From Alphaproteobacteria bacterium (GTDB lineage: Bacteria; Pseudomonadota; Alphaproteobacteria; Bin95), in the NCBI GenBank assembly GCA_964291285.2, contig OZ219787.1, positions 512,001-576,000 on the forward strand: a stretch of 64,000 nucleotides of DNA, written 5' to 3'. A program made the translations under genes and the position numbers. Below, piece by piece: positions 9,643-18,148 of this stretch. The number at the start of each line of letters is the position of its first letter. Position 1 is the stretch's first letter. The notes beneath the pieces are model-generated. The model made no database searches, was not told the origin of the DNA, and saw only the letters and a list, made by a program, of their open reading frames with translations.

Positions 9643-10515
9643 ATGCATCCCTCCCGCCCCCGCGAGCGGCGGGTGCGGGCCGAGAGCCTGCGGGGCTATC
9701 CCCTCGAACCCGTCGCCCGAGCCCTCGGCTACCGCAGCGATCCCGACAATGCCGTGCGCTGGAGACGGCCAGGATCGGTCCTCTCCATCAACCGCTTCAT
9801 GTTCTACGACCATCTGCGCGCAGAGGAGGGAGCCGGGGCTATCGAACTGGCGGTCCATGCGCTCGGATGCACCCCGCCGGACGCCATCGACTTCCTCGCC
9901 GAACTGTCCGACCTCTCAATGCCCCCAGGCGGCCGCCGGCAGGCGCCGGCCAAGGACCCCCGCTGGCCCAACCTCCGGCGATACCTCGTCGAGCGGCGCG
10001 GCCTCGCGGACGCGCTCGTCACCCTGTGCCGCGACCTCGGCCTGGTCCATGCCGACCCTCACGGCAACCCCGTGTTCGTCCGCCGAAACGCCGCCGGCGA
10101 GGCTACCGGCATCGAAACCGTCACCGCTGACCGCAAAACGACCGCGGGCGGCGGCTTCTGGATGTCCTGGGAGACCGAATGGCCACACGCCGTCATCCTG
10201 GCCGGCAACGCCCTCGACGCACTCTCCATCCTCTCCCTCCACCTCGGCCCGGTAAAACGCACCGAATGCGCCACCGTCTCCACCGGCGCCGTCGCCACCA
10301 AAGTCCCCAAATGGATCGAGGCATGGAACCCGCGCCTCATCTTCTGTGCATACGACGCCACCACAAACGGCGATCACGCCGCAAGGCGCCTCGCCCGCAA
10401 CGACACCAGAATCGTCCGGCTGCGACCCGCACTCGACAACCGGGACTGGAACGACATGCTCATCCGCGACCGAGCCGGCGAACCAATCGAAACCGATGAC
10501 CAACAGATCAACTGA
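9643..10515 (+). CDS. DUF3991/TOPRIM-like primase-related protein, IS cargo
   Basis: GAGAIELAVH, RRYLVERRGL, N.VF, DALS, AYDA, GDHAARRL, DWND motifs of plasmid primase-like TOPRIM proteins; starts 2 bp after istB stop and ends inside the element. Confidence 0.75.
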   Translation: MHPSRPRERRVRAESLRGYPLEPVARALGYRSDPDNAVRWRRPGSVLSINRFMFYDHLRAEEGAGAIELAVHALGCTPPDAIDFLAELSDLSMPPGGRRQAPAKDPRWPNLRRYLVERRGLADALVTLCRDLGLVHADPHGNPVFVRRNAAGEATGIETVTADRKTTAGGGFWMSWETEWPHAVILAGNALDALSILSLHLGPVKRTECATVSTGAVATKVPKWIEAWNPRLIFCAYDATTNGDHAARRLARNDTRIVRLRPALDNRDWNDMLIRDRAGEPIETDDQQIN

Positions 10516-10575
10516 AAAACCGCAACCGGCCGAAAAATGTCAGCGAATAGGCGCGCTCTGTAACCGTCGCTAACA

Positions 10576-11355
10576 CCCGTCGAACAGCGCGCCGTTGACA
10601 TGGGGAAAGCGCGCAAGGTCCTCGTCCAGCGCGGCGGAGCGCCCGTCTTCCGGCGTGTCGAGCACCTGGAACAGTTGCGAAAGCCAGGGGCCGAGATCGG
10701 CGCCGTCCTCGCCCGTGCGCGCCTCGATGAAGTCGAAGAAAATGTCGCGCGGCTCGAAAATGCCAGTGTCGTCCGCGAACAGGCAGAAGACGATGCGCAC
10801 GAGGAACCGCTCCAGGTCGCGGCCCCGGTAGCCGGTTTCCGCCAGCTTGTCGTGCAGCCGCCCGACCAGTTCGGCCGCCTCGATATTGGCCGGGTCCTGG
10901 TCGCGGAATGTCCGGCGCTGCACCCCCAGGATGAAGCCGAACTTCTCGACATGCGCGGGCAGGTCGGCAAGCGGAAAGGCCGCAACCTCCCGCTCGTCCA
11001 GATCGTGCAGCTCGAAGGTCTGGAAATCGCTCACCAGGATGTAGCGCGGACGCTCGCGTTCCGGCAGCGCGTCGAAATACTCCCCCGCCTGTTCGTATGC
11101 CGCTTTCAGGTCCCGCCCGGCGCTCTTCTGCTCGACGATCAGTACGCCCGGCCAGAACAGGTCGATGAAGCCGGAGCGATTGTCGAGCTTGGAGACGTGT
11201 TGCTCGTAGCGCGCAACGGTCCGCCGCCGCACTCCGAACACCCGGAAGAATGCGTTGTAGAAGCTCTGCGTCTCGCCCTTCTCGTAGGCCGCGTCCTTCC
11301 AGTCTTCGGCGAAGGCGGCGGCGCGGATGCGGACCTCGTTCCACGAAAGGCGCAT
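10576..11355 (-). pseudogene. MmeI-like type IIL restriction-modification enzyme, N-terminal part (PD-(D/E)xK nuclease and spacer)
   Basis: EKGETQSFYNAFF, FIDLFWPGVLIVEQKS nuclease motif, VSDFQTF, FCLFADDTGIF, FPHVNGALF; truncated by a stop inside the IS right end. Confidence 0.93.
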
Positions 11356-11840
11356 CAGCCCGCGCTATCCGGTTCGTTCGGGTGCCGCCGGTTCGGCATC
11401 GGCCCCGCGCGGTCGTTCGCCATGTCGTTCACCATCGGCGCTCCTTGTCCATCAATGGTAGCCGATCGGGTTCGCGTCCACAGCCTGCCGTCCCGGTGCT
11501 GTCCGGAGCAATGCCATGTTCTGATTTTTTGAAATAATTCTATGATAGATGCTTGCATTTGGAAAAATTGTGATATGATGGGTGTGAGGTAAGCGAAGTC
11601 CGCGCGGACCGCTTCCCGCCCGTGCCGGTCCGGCGCGGAACGACCCTGATTCAGCCGACAGGCGAGGTGTGCCCTGCACCTGCCTCGCGCGCGCAATCAG
11701 GCGCGCGAACCGCGCCGGCGCAATGGCGCGCCCGCCCGCGCAGGCACGGGCGGGCGCAGGATACGCGCGGATCAGGGTCCCGCCGCCGGCAGACCGGGGT
11801 CGGGGAGGACGGAACGAAACAGGAGCGAAAGGAAGGACCC

Positions 11841-11936
11841 ATGGCCAAAACGAAGAACTACCGGAAGCGGAGGAAATACCCGCACCCCATGCCCGAACAG
11901 GCCACAGGATATGCACGGCGCGCATGCAGAACATGA
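11841..11936 (+). CDS. Possible 31-aa basic small protein (MAKTKNYRKRRKYPHP...)
   Basis: Strong RBS-like AAAGGAAGGA before the ATG; no recognisable family. Confidence 0.3.
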   Translation: MAKTKNYRKRRKYPHPMPEQATGYARRACRT

Positions 11937-12001
11937 CATCTCATGACATATCGCAGGGGGTTCCGCCGGCCCCGCATGACAAAACATGACATTCCATGAC
12001 A
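11932..12001. repeat. Five CATGACA direct repeats with 10-bp phasing
   Basis: Copies start at 11932, 11942, 11975, 11985 and 11995. Confidence 0.85.
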
Positions 12002-12030
12002 GTCCCGTGGCCGTAGGTATAACGCCGCTA

Positions 12031-12678
12031 TTACCGCGCGAGCCGCGCCATGAACGCGAGCCCGGCCTGCATGCCGGCCGGGTCGATGCCGTGGCCGAGG
12101 CCGGGGCGCCCGTGGGTCTCAACCGCGAAACCGGCGCCCTCCAGCACCGCCGCCGCCTCGGCCATGGAGGCATAGGGGACCAGTTCGTCCATTTCGCCGT
12201 GGATGAGCGCCACCGGCGGCCGGCTCTGCGCTTCCCGCTCCAGCAGTTCCGGCGCCAGCAGCCGGCCGGAATAGCCGAGAATGCCCGCCAGCGGCTCCGC
12301 GCGGCGGGGCCCCGTGTGCAGGGCCAGCATGGTCCCCTGGCTGAAGCCGGCGAGGGTGAGCGCGGCCGGCGCGAGGCCGGTTTCCTCCAGCAGGTCGTCG
12401 ATGAAGCCATCGACCATCGCCGAGGCCGCGCGCAGGCCCGCCAGGCGCAATTCGTCGCCGCGCCCGTGGATGCCGAACCACTGGCGGCCGAAGGGCGCGC
12501 CCTCGCAGGGAAAGGGCGCATGCGGCGACACGAACAGCGCGTCGGGCATGGCCGGCGCCCAGGCGGGCGCGAGGCCGATCAGGTCGTCGCCGTCCGCCCC
12601 GTAGCCGTGCAGCAGCAGCACGATGCGGGCCGGGGCTGCGCCGCTGGCGGGCGGATGCCGGGGGCCGTCGAGTCGCAT
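12031..12678 (-). CDS. Phospholipase/carboxylesterase family alpha/beta hydrolase
   Basis: LLHGYGADGDDL, GFSQG nucleophile elbow, HGEMD, GLGHGI. Confidence 0.9.
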   Translation of the reverse strand: MRLDGPRHPPASGAAPARIVLLLHGYGADGDDLIGLAPAWAPAMPDALFVSPHAPFPCEGAPFGRQWFGIHGRGDELRLAGLRAASAMVDGFIDDLLEETGLAPAALTLAGFSQGTMLALHTGPRRAEPLAGILGYSGRLLAPELLEREAQSRPPVALIHGEMDELVPYASMAEAAAVLEGAGFAVETHGRPGLGHGIDPAGMQAGLAFMARLAR

Positions 12679-12720
12679 GGCGTTGACGGCTAGCCCAAAG
12701 CCGGGGTCTTGTCACCCTCC

Positions 12721-13479
12721 ATGGCTACCGTCACCCGCTTCGCCCCGAGCCCGACGGGCCGGCTGCATCTGGGCCACGCCTATGCGGCGCTGTTTGCCGC
12801 CGACCGGGCGGCGCGCGCCGGCGGGCGCTTCCTCGTCCGGATCGAGGATATCGACCGGAGCCGCTGCCGCCCGGAATTCGAGGCGGGCATACTGGAGGAC
12901 CTCGCCTGGCTCGGCCTCGAATGGGAAGAGCCGGTGCGCCGGCAGTCCGACCACATGGCCGACTACGCCCGTGCCCTTGCATTCCTAGACAGGCGCGGGT
13001 TGATCTACCCCTGCTTCTGCACCCGCCGGGAGATCGAGGCGGCGGCGACCGCGCCCCACGGCCCCGAGGGTCCGCCCTATCCCGGCACCTGCCGGGCGCT
13101 GACCGAAGCCGAGCGCGAGGGGCGCATGGCGCGGGGCGACGCCTATGCGCTCCGGCTGACGGAGGGCGACACGGTGGTCGCCCGCAAGGACATCCGCACG
13201 AGCTACCATCTCGCCGTGGTCGTGGACGACGCGCTCCAGGGCGTGACGCTGGTGACACGCGGCGAGGACCTGGCCTTCGCGGTGCCGGTCCAGAACCGCC
13301 TGCAACGGCTGCTCGGCCTGCCCGTGCCTGCCTATGAGCACCACCCGGTCCTGACCGACGGCGAGGGCCGCCGCCTCGCCAAGCGCGACCGGGCGCTGAC
13401 CTTGCAGAGCCTGCGCGAGTCGGGCGTCTCCCCCGCCGAGGTGCGGGCGCGCATCGAGCGGATGGACGGGACCTTCTGA
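12721..13479 (+). CDS. gluQ: Glutamyl-Q tRNA(Asp) synthetase
   Basis: TRFAPSPTGRLHLGH, RIEDID, YPCFCTR, YHLAVVVDD, RGEDL, RLAKR; lacks an anticodon-binding domain. Confidence 0.9.
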   Translation: MATVTRFAPSPTGRLHLGHAYAALFAADRAARAGGRFLVRIEDIDRSRCRPEFEAGILEDLAWLGLEWEEPVRRQSDHMADYARALAFLDRRGLIYPCFCTRREIEAAATAPHGPEGPPYPGTCRALTEAEREGRMARGDAYALRLTEGDTVVARKDIRTSYHLAVVVDDALQGVTLVTRGEDLAFAVPVQNRLQRLLGLPVPAYEHHPVLTDGEGRRLAKRDRALTLQSLRESGVSPAEVRARIERMDGTF

Positions 13480-13491
13480 GCGGTGTCCCGG

Positions 13492-14337
13492 CTACATCTT
13501 CGCCGCGAAGGCCTCGAAGGACCTGCCGCCTGCGCTCACGGCGTCGAAGAGCATCGAGAAGTGGTTGGCACCCGGCACGGTCACGCGCTCGACCGCGCAG
13601 CCGGCGGCCTCGGCGATGTCGGCATAGCCCGCGCTCTGCGCCCGCCAGCCGGCCGGCTCCCCGCCGCCGACGGACACGACCATCGGCACGGGCTTCGCCG
13701 GCGGATTGGCGAAGACGTCGTTGCGCGCCGCCATGGCCTCGTCGAGCCGTACCTCCTCGTTCACCGAGATGCGGCGCACGACCGGCGTTTCGTAGATGCC
13801 GCTCATGCAGTGTGCGCCGGCCATCAGCGCCGCCGAGGCCGGGTCCGCGAGCAGCATGGCGGTGAGGTGCGCGCCGGCCGAATGCCCGCCGACGAACAGT
13901 CGCGCCGGGTCGCAGCCCCACTCTTTGGCATGGACATGGACGAAGGCGAGGCAGGCGCGCATCTCGGCCACGATCTCGTCCAGGGTCACATCCGGGCAGA
14001 GCGCGTAATCGACATTGGCGACGGTCGCGCCGCGCTCGACGAAGCCGCCGACGGCGAAGCTGTGGTCCGCCTTCGAGAAGCGCCGCCAGTAGCCGCCATG
14101 GATGAACATGAACAGCGCGCCGTTCGCGCCCGAAGCCGGCCGGTGCAGGTCCAGCGCCTCGCGCGGGCCGGGGCCGTAGGCGATATCGTAGCTGCCGGGC
14201 CAGGCTTCGCGCGCCGCTTCGGCCGCCGCCAGATACTCGCCCAAGTGGGCTTCCACCGCCTCGTCGCCGACCGCAGCGCGCGGATTGAAATGCGCTTCCA
14301 GCACCGCATCGTCCGCCGAACGCCAGTCGAATGTCAC
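13492..14337 (-). CDS. Arylformamidase (kynurenine formamidase)-like alpha/beta hydrolase
   Basis: FIHGGYWR, GHSAGAHL, NHF motifs. Confidence 0.8.
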   Translation of the reverse strand: MTFDWRSADDAVLEAHFNPRAAVGDEAVEAHLGEYLAAAEAAREAWPGSYDIAYGPGPREALDLHRPASGANGALFMFIHGGYWRRFSKADHSFAVGGFVERGATVANVDYALCPDVTLDEIVAEMRACLAFVHVHAKEWGCDPARLFVGGHSAGAHLTAMLLADPASAALMAGAHCMSGIYETPVVRRISVNEEVRLDEAMAARNDVFANPPAKPVPMVVSVGGGEPAGWRAQSAGYADIAEAAGCAVERVTVPGANHFSMLFDAVSAGGRSFEAFAAKM

Positions 14338-14418
14338 TTTGCCCCTCCCGTTCCGCGCCTGTTGGCTTTACCCTTCGCCATTGTACCATGACCGCTCCCG
14401 GATACAGGGAGGCCCGCC

Positions 14419-15459
14419 ATGCCGCTCACCTGCGCTCATCTCGTCGGCAGCCTGCCCTACTCCGATGCCGACACGGTCTTCACGGAAATCGGCAGCCGGC
14501 TCGGGCGCCATCTCAGGCGGATTCCGGACGGCGAGACCGGCGAGCGGGCGCGCTGGATCTTCTGGCAGCGGGCCAAAGTTGCGACGCATCCGGCGATGGA
14601 GGTCGCGGCCGACGAGGACAAGGCGCGCATCCACCAGTGGGACGGCAAGCTGATCCGCGAATGGGAACTGTTCCGTTTCCGCGCCGGCGTCGATCCCGCG
14701 GCGGTCGAATTCGACCCCGGCTATGCGCCCGAGGCCGTCCGCTCCTACGCCCGCTTCACCGCCATGCGCGAGGCCGGGACCCTGCCGGCCGGCGTCCGCT
14801 TCCAGGTCTGCCTGCCGACGCCGATGGCGGTCGGCTACTGGTTCGTTTCGCCCTCATGCCGTCCGGAGTTCTTCGCGGCCTATGAGCGCGCCTTCAAGAC
14901 CGACCTCGCGAAGATCTGCGCCGCGATCCCGCCGGACGACCTTGCGATCCAGTGGGACGTCTGCCAGGAGGTGCTCGCCTGGGAGGGGTATTTCCCGAAC
15001 CGGCCGGCGAGCTACAAGCAGGACATCACCGGCATGCTGGCGCGCCTCGGCAACGCCGTGCCCGAGCCGGCGGAGCTCGGCTACCACCTCTGCTACGGCA
15101 CGCCGAACGACGAGCATGTGGTGATGCCGACCGACCTCGCCAACACGGTGGAGATCACCCACGGCATCCTCGCCGGGCTGGAGCGCTCCCTGCAATTCGT
15201 CCATGTCCCCGCGCCGAAACACCGTGACGACGTGGCCCATTATGCGCCGCTTGCTGTCCTCACCCTGCCGGAGGGCTGCGAGCTCTATCTCGGTCTCATC
15301 CACCACGACGACCATGACGGCGACCGGCGCCGCATCGCCGCAGCGGCCCGAGCCGTGAGCACGTTCGGCATCGCCACCGAATGCGGCTGGGGCCGCAGCG
15401 ACCCCGCTCGCGCGCCCGGCCTGCTGGACAGTCACCGCATCGCGCTGGAAGCGGAGTGA
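14419..15459 (+). CDS. Cobalamin-independent methionine synthase II/UROD-fold protein of unknown function
   Basis: HLVGSLP, RIPDGETGER, IQWD, YHLCYG, ECGWGR pattern of single-barrel MetE-like proteins. Confidence 0.7.
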   Translation: MPLTCAHLVGSLPYSDADTVFTEIGSRLGRHLRRIPDGETGERARWIFWQRAKVATHPAMEVAADEDKARIHQWDGKLIREWELFRFRAGVDPAAVEFDPGYAPEAVRSYARFTAMREAGTLPAGVRFQVCLPTPMAVGYWFVSPSCRPEFFAAYERAFKTDLAKICAAIPPDDLAIQWDVCQEVLAWEGYFPNRPASYKQDITGMLARLGNAVPEPAELGYHLCYGTPNDEHVVMPTDLANTVEITHGILAGLERSLQFVHVPAPKHRDDVAHYAPLAVLTLPEGCELYLGLIHHDDHDGDRRRIAAAARAVSTFGIATECGWGRSDPARAPGLLDSHRIALEAE

Positions 15460-15506
15460 AGCCGGTCGGAAACGAGGCTCGCAGCGCCTATCCGGACGGG
15501 AAGTTG

Positions 15507-16340
15507 CTATGAACCGTCGTTGCCGCTTCCCCGCCCGATTTCCTCCTTGAGCGCGCGGATTTCGCTGCGCAGGCCCTCCAGCTCGGTTGCGAGGAAGGAG
15601 GCTTCGGCTTCCGTCACCTGGCGGAGTGCCGCTGTCGTCTCCTCCCGGTCGGCCGTGTGCAGGGTCTGCATGGCATCGACGATGACGGCGATGAAGAGGT
15701 TCAGGACCGCGAAGCTGGTCAGCAGGATGAAGGGCACGAAGAAGGCCCAGGCCCAGTCGAAGGTCTCCATCACCGGGCGCACGATGCCCATCGACCAACT
15801 CTCCAGGGTCATGATCTGGAAGAGCGAATACATGGACGCGCCGACGCTGCCGAACCATTCCGGGAATGCCTCCCCGAACATGCGCGTCGCCATCACCGCG
15901 CCGACATAGAAGACGAGCAGCAGCAGGCTGGAGATCGAGCCGAGGCCCGGTATGGCGTGCAGCAGCGCCTCCACCACCTTGCGCATCTGCGGCACGACGG
16001 ACACCAGCCGCAGCACCCGCAGGATGCGCAGCGCCCGGAGCACCGAGAGATTGCCGGTCGCCGGGAGGAGCGTGACGGCGATGACGGCGAAGTCGAACAG
16101 GTTCCAGCCGCGCTTGAAGAAGGCCGGCCCCTGGGCCACCAGCCGGGCGGCGATCTCGACGACGAAGACCGCGACGATGGCCTGGTCGAGCCAGCCGAGC
16201 CAGGGCGAGAGCGCCTCGTTTATCGTCGCCGATGTCTCGAGGCCGAGCGTCACCGCGTTCACGACGATCAGCACCGTGACCAGGCGTTCCGTCTTCGGCG
16301 AGCACACCAGACCGTTCAACCGCTCGCGCCAGGCCGCCAT
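15507..16340 (-). CDS. Bacterial voltage-gated sodium channel (BacNav family)
   Basis: WNLFDF, S4 RALRILRVLR, selectivity filter TLESWSMG, NLFIAVIV, C-terminal coiled coil; RBS GGAGG before ATG 16340. Confidence 0.92.
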   Translation of the reverse strand: MAAWRERLNGLVCSPKTERLVTVLIVVNAVTLGLETSATINEALSPWLGWLDQAIVAVFVVEIAARLVAQGPAFFKRGWNLFDFAVIAVTLLPATGNLSVLRALRILRVLRLVSVVPQMRKVVEALLHAIPGLGSISSLLLLVFYVGAVMATRMFGEAFPEWFGSVGASMYSLFQIMTLESWSMGIVRPVMETFDWAWAFFVPFILLTSFAVLNLFIAVIVDAMQTLHTADREETTAALRQVTEAEASFLATELEGLRSEIRALKEEIGRGSGNDGS

Positions 16341-16417
16341 TTCCGCCTCCCTCACCTGAATGGCGGCCAGATAGTCAAGGCCCGCAGTCGGGCGCAAGCG
16401 GTTGCGGCGGCGGCTCC

Positions 16418-17614
16418 TTGCGGCTATCCGGCGCGCTCATGGCCGCCGTCCTGCCCGCCCTGGTCGCAACGCTCGCGATGCAGGCCATCGTCGTCATCGC
16501 CTCGCTCATCGTGCCGATCACGGTGCAGGAGAGCGCGGGCGCGGTCGGCATCGATCCGGTTATGGTCGGCTACTACACGATGGTGATGTGGCTCGGCGGC
16601 ATGGCCTCCACACTGTTCTCGGGAGGGCTGATCCGCCGCTTCGGCGCGCTGCGCGTTTGCCAGGCGAGCCTGGCATTTGCCGCGGCCGGCGCGCTGCTCA
16701 CCAGCGTGCCCAGCATCCCGGCCTTCGCAGTTGCCGGCTTCCTGATCGGCATGGCCTACGGGCCGGCCAACCCCGCCGGCTCGCACCTGCTTGCGCGGCT
16801 ATCTCCGCCCCATCTGCGCGGGCGGGTCTTTTCCGTCAAGCAAACCAGCGTGCCGGTGGGCAGCACGATCGCCGGGTTGCTGGTGTCCACCGTCGCGCTT
16901 GCCTGGGGCTGGCAGGCTGCCGGCCCCGCAGTCGCGCTGCTCTGCGTGGCGGCAATGGCCGCTGTCCAGCCCTGGCGTACGCGCCTCGACGGCGACCGGG
17001 ACCCGTCGGCGCCTGCGCTCGCGGCCCGTCCCCTGGCGGCCATCCGGCAGGTCTGGGCGCTGCCCGCGCTGCGCCGCACGATACTGGCTTCAGCAGTCTT
17101 CTCGATGGGGCAATTCTGCTTCACGGCTTTCTTCGTCGCCTTTGCGATGCGGCGCGCCGGATTCGATCTCGCCGAGGCGGGCTCGCTGTTCTCCGTCGGC
17201 TTCGTCGCCGGCATTGCGGCCCGTGTGGGCTGGGGATGGGTGGCCGACGCCACTTCCGGCCGCGCCGCGCTCGCTGCGCTCGGCGTCGCGATGGCCGCCA
17301 CGGCGCTGGCCGCAACCGCGCTCGGCCCCGACTGGCCCTGGCTCGCCGTCGCCGCGCTGTCGGCGGCATTCGGCGCAACGGCCGTCGGCTGGAACGGTGT
17401 CTATCTGGCGGAGGTCGCGCGGCTTGCTCCCGGCGGCGATGTCGGGGCGGCCACAGGCGGGGCGATGTTCTTCACGCTCGCCGGCTCCGCCTTCGGCCCG
17501 GCGCTGTTCGGGGCCGTCGCAGGGTCCCTTGGCTACGACGCCGCATTCGTGCTGATGGCGGCTGTGACAGGTGCGGCAGGGCTATGGGTGGCACTCGGAA
17601 AGGACTCCGTGTGA
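16418..17614 (+). CDS. MFS transporter
   Basis: About 12 hydrophobic segments, GGLIRRFG loop, FSVKQT.VP.G, WGWVAD; start uncertain (16418 or 16439). Confidence 0.85.
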   Translation: MRLSGALMAAVLPALVATLAMQAIVVIASLIVPITVQESAGAVGIDPVMVGYYTMVMWLGGMASTLFSGGLIRRFGALRVCQASLAFAAAGALLTSVPSIPAFAVAGFLIGMAYGPANPAGSHLLARLSPPHLRGRVFSVKQTSVPVGSTIAGLLVSTVALAWGWQAAGPAVALLCVAAMAAVQPWRTRLDGDRDPSAPALAARPLAAIRQVWALPALRRTILASAVFSMGQFCFTAFFVAFAMRRAGFDLAEAGSLFSVGFVAGIAARVGWGWVADATSGRAALAALGVAMAATALAATALGPDWPWLAVAALSAAFGATAVGWNGVYLAEVARLAPGGDVGAATGGAMFFTLAGSAFGPALFGAVAGSLGYDAAFVLMAAVTGAAGLWVALGKDSV

Positions 17615-17704
17615 TTCTCCTTGCGCACGCGGTGAACCGGCGTATTTTGTCGCGCCTCGCCGCGCGCCGCGCTGCGATCCACCTCAAGCTTCGGGGGTAC
17701 GCCT

Positions 17705-18148
17705 TTGGCCCAGACGTCTGCCGCCATTCCGGACGAGGCGGTGACCGCCCGCCTGTTTCCGCGCGAACAGCCCGCGGTCAAGGACTACTATGTCGAGCGG
17801 GACGGCCTGCGCTACGCCGGCACGCATCTGCTGGTGGACCTGTGGGGCGCGCGCGACCTCGACGACCCGGCCGCCATCGAACGCGCATTGCGCGCCTGCG
17901 CCGAAGCCTCGGGCGCGACGGTGCTCGGTTGCGACCTGCACCGCTTCCAGCCGAACGGCGTCTCCGGCGTGCTGCTGCTCGCCGAATCCCATATCTCGAT
18001 CCACACATGGCCCGAGCGCGGGTTCGCGGCGCTCGACCTGTTCATGTGCGGCGAGTGCGACCCCTATGCCGGCATCGAGGTGCTGAAGCGGGCCTTCGAG
18101 CCGGAGCAGATAACCCTGACGGAACACAAGCGGGGCATGATTCCGTGA
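17705..18148 (+). CDS. speD: S-adenosylmethionine decarboxylase proenzyme
   Basis: GTHLLVDLWG, GVSGVLLLAESHISIHTWPE (ES cleavage site), DLFMCG. Confidence 0.95.
   Translation: MAQTSAAIPDEAVTARLFPREQPAVKDYYVERDGLRYAGTHLLVDLWGARDLDDPAAIERALRACAEASGATVLGCDLHRFQPNGVSGVLLLAESHISIHTWPERGFAALDLFMCGECDPYAGIEVLKRAFEPEQITLTEHKRGMIP

Larger units (their letters stand above)
6527..10575 (+). mobile_element. IS21-family element with cargo (structured leader, Cys/Arg-rich ORF, istA, istB, TOPRIM-like ORF), 4049 bp
   Basis: Left end TGTAGGTGACGGTCGTAAAAGGCGCTTATTTGCTGGCGTT vs reverse-complemented right end TGTTAGCGACGGTTACAGAGCGCGCCTATTCGCTGACATT: 27/40 identical; 5-bp TSD; istA/istB inside. Confidence 0.93.

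Noticed and set aside
6527-10575. Element as a self-splicing intron/IStron restoring the RM gene
   Set aside because: Ends, TSD and genes are those of a DDE IS21 element; no group I/II intron core recognised; the leftover 5-bp duplication would shift the frame.
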